Notes under the pieces: generated by a model | The model's database searches: none | What the model was told of the DNA's origin: nothing | The model's input: only the letters and a program-made list of their open reading frames with translations | Position numbers and translations under genes: made by a program | From: Caedibacter taeniospiralis | Lineage (GTDB): Bacteria; Pseudomonadota; Gammaproteobacteria; Francisellales; Francisellaceae | Direction of reading: 5' to 3' | DNA length: 7,774 nucleotides | Assembly (NCBI RefSeq): GCF_002803295.2 | Contig: NZ_PGGB02000001.1 | Coordinates: 111,827 to 119,600 of the forward strand | Part shown: positions 6,195-7,774 of the stretch, piece by piece | How the letters are laid out: each line of letters begins with the position of its first letter | How positions within the stretch are numbered: the stretch's first letter is position 1

Positions 6195-7774
6195 ATGGCT
6201 AAGAAAATTTATATCGGTTCCTCTAATTTTGAGAAAATCATTACAGGCAATGGCTTATTTGTCGATAAGAGTCTGTTTATTAAAGAAATCATTGAGGATA
6301 CTAGTGATGTGATCCTGATCACGCGCCCCAGACGCTTTGGCAAGACCCTAAACATGTCCATGCTGCATCACTTCTTTGCCGCTAAAATTGGTTTTATTGA
6401 AACCCAGGGCTTGTTTGATCATCTCGCTATTGCCAGGGAAGATAATGGTTTTTACCTTAAGGAGTATCAGGGCAAATATCCCGTGATCTTTGTGAGCTTT
6501 AAAGATATTAAGGCACGTGATTATCAGACGGTACTTGGGCAGCTAACTTATCTTGCTCGCGATGCTTTTAATGTGCATGACTATTTGCTGGAATCACACG
6601 CATTAAGTGTGACGGATAAAAAAATCTTTGAAAGCTATCTGGAGATGGAAACTTTCAACACCTACAAAATCGATGTTAGTTTACGGTTTTTAAGCCAATT
6701 GTTGTATAAACACCACCGCCAAAAAGTAGTCATTTTAATCGACGAATATGACACCCCTTTAAATGCTGCTTATGTTGAGAACTATATTGAAGACTTAACC
6801 CCTTTGATGCGTAATCTAATGAGCAATACCTTTAAGGACAATGACGCACTTCACAAAGGTGTTATGACAGGCATTTTACGCGTCTCCAAAGACAGTATGC
6901 TCTCAGGCTTAAATAACCTTGAAGTCTATACAATTTTGGATAAAGAATATCGCGAATATTTTGGCTTTAGCAACAAAGAGCTTGATGAATTATATCAGGA
7001 TCAGGGTTTGATTGCGGATAGAGAAAATGCCAAAAAATGGTATAACGGTTATAACTTTGCAGGACTTCAGATTTACAACCCCTGGTCGATTTTAAATTGT
7101 CTGCATAAAGATGGAAAATTTGATGACTATTGGGTGCATACTTCCAATAACAAAATGATTGAAACCCTGCTGCTGAAATTCCGTGAAGATGTGCATCCTG
7201 CGGTGACGCAATTGATGGAATATAAGACGGCAGAAGTCATTATCGATCGCCATGTGACCTATGACACGCTGGATATTCAATCGAGCAGTTTATGGAGTTT
7301 GTTGCTGTTTGCAGGCTATCTCACTACCGAAAGCTGTGAAGCAACCGGTAAACTCCTGTATGGTTGCCAGGTTAAGCTCCCAAATATCGAAATTGTTCAT
7401 TTACTTAATTATTACTTCGATATGTGGTTTAGCACACGTTTAGGCGTACAGTATCAATCGTTTTTAAATAATCTGGTTGAAGGCAAGGTGGAGAAGTTCA
7501 GTGAGCAATTAAATACTTATCTCACTGAAGCCTTAAGTGTCAGAGACACAGGCTATACCGCCGAGAAGTTTTATCATGGATTGGTGTTGGGTTTAATCGC
7601 GTCATTAAGAGCGACTCATCTTATCCACTCCAATCGTGAATCAGGGGATGGTTATCCTGATGTGCTGATTTATCCTTTGGCAAATAATCAAAAGCACGAT
7701 TTAGGCATTGTGATGGAATTTAAGCATGCCAGGGAAGATGGCAGCGAAAATCAGGAAATACTGGCAGAGAAAGC
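6195..7774 (+). CDS. AAA-ATPase-like protein with C-terminal PD-(D/E)XK (DUF1703-type) nuclease-like domain; partial, runs off right edge
   Basis: Manual translation from ATG 6195 gives an open frame of >520 codons: MAKKIYIGSSNFEKIITGNGLFVDKSLFIKEIIEDTSDVILITRPRRFGKTLNMSMLHHFF... (Walker A-like RPRRFGKT), KVVILIDEYDTPLNAAY (Walker B-like), KKWYNGYNFAGLQIYNPWSILNCL, and C-terminal GYPDVLIYPLANNQKHDLGIVMEFKHA (PD...EFK nuclease core). Confidence 0.87.
   Translation, partial: MAKKIYIGSSNFEKIITGNGLFVDKSLFIKEIIEDTSDVILITRPRRFGKTLNMSMLHHFFAAKIGFIETQGLFDHLAIAREDNGFYLKEYQGKYPVIFVSFKDIKARDYQTVLGQLTYLARDAFNVHDYLLESHALSVTDKKIFESYLEMETFNTYKIDVSLRFLSQLLYKHHRQKVVILIDEYDTPLNAAYVENYIEDLTPLMRNLMSNTFKDNDALHKGVMTGILRVSKDSMLSGLNNLEVYTILDKEYREYFGFSNKELDELYQDQGLIADRENAKKWYNGYNFAGLQIYNPWSILNCLHKDGKFDDYWVHTSNNKMIETLLLKFREDVHPAVTQLMEYKTAEVIIDRHVTYDTLDIQSSSLWSLLLFAGYLTTESCEATGKLLYGCQVKLPNIEIVHLLNYYFDMWFSTRLGVQYQSFLNNLVEGKVEKFSEQLNTYLTEALSVRDTGYTAEKFYHGLVLGLIASLRATHLIHSNRESGDGYPDVLIYPLANNQKHDLGIVMEFKHAREDGSENQEILAEK

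Noticed and set aside
7092-7443. Small ORFs 7092-7280 (-) and 7261-7443 (+)
   Set aside because: Embedded in the long AAA-ATPase-like/DUF1703 frame, so out-of-frame noise.

Overview
The window reads as a gammaproteobacterial chromosomal segment, plausibly Legionellales-like by gene content (an inference). On the minus strand it holds (i) the N-terminal part of a nonribosomal peptide synthetase (condensation, then adenylation, running off the left edge) and (ii) an RNase II/R-family exoribonuclease. On the plus strand it holds (iii) a YdfG-like short-chain dehydrogenase, (iv) an EamA/DMT-type 10-TM transporter and (v) an AAA-ATPase-like/PD-(D/E)XK (DUF1703-type) protein that is open to the right edge and missing from the supplied ORF track. 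The main anomalies are both in the NRPS gene. A run of 10 A (coding strand; 884-893) separates the condensation and adenylation domains into different frames. About 200 nt downstream, the adenylation-domain frame carries an in-frame palindromic repeat element. It consists of two perfect 8-bp hairpins in opposite orientation that differ only by compensatory base-pair changes, framed by an 8-bp outer inverted repeat. It adds about 43 residues between adenylation motifs A1 and A2. A second, unrelated palindrome lies between the EamA gene and the ATPase-like gene. I found no convincing evidence for a wholly new multi-gene system. The palindrome-invaded, A-tract-frameshifted NRPS is the item most worth following up.
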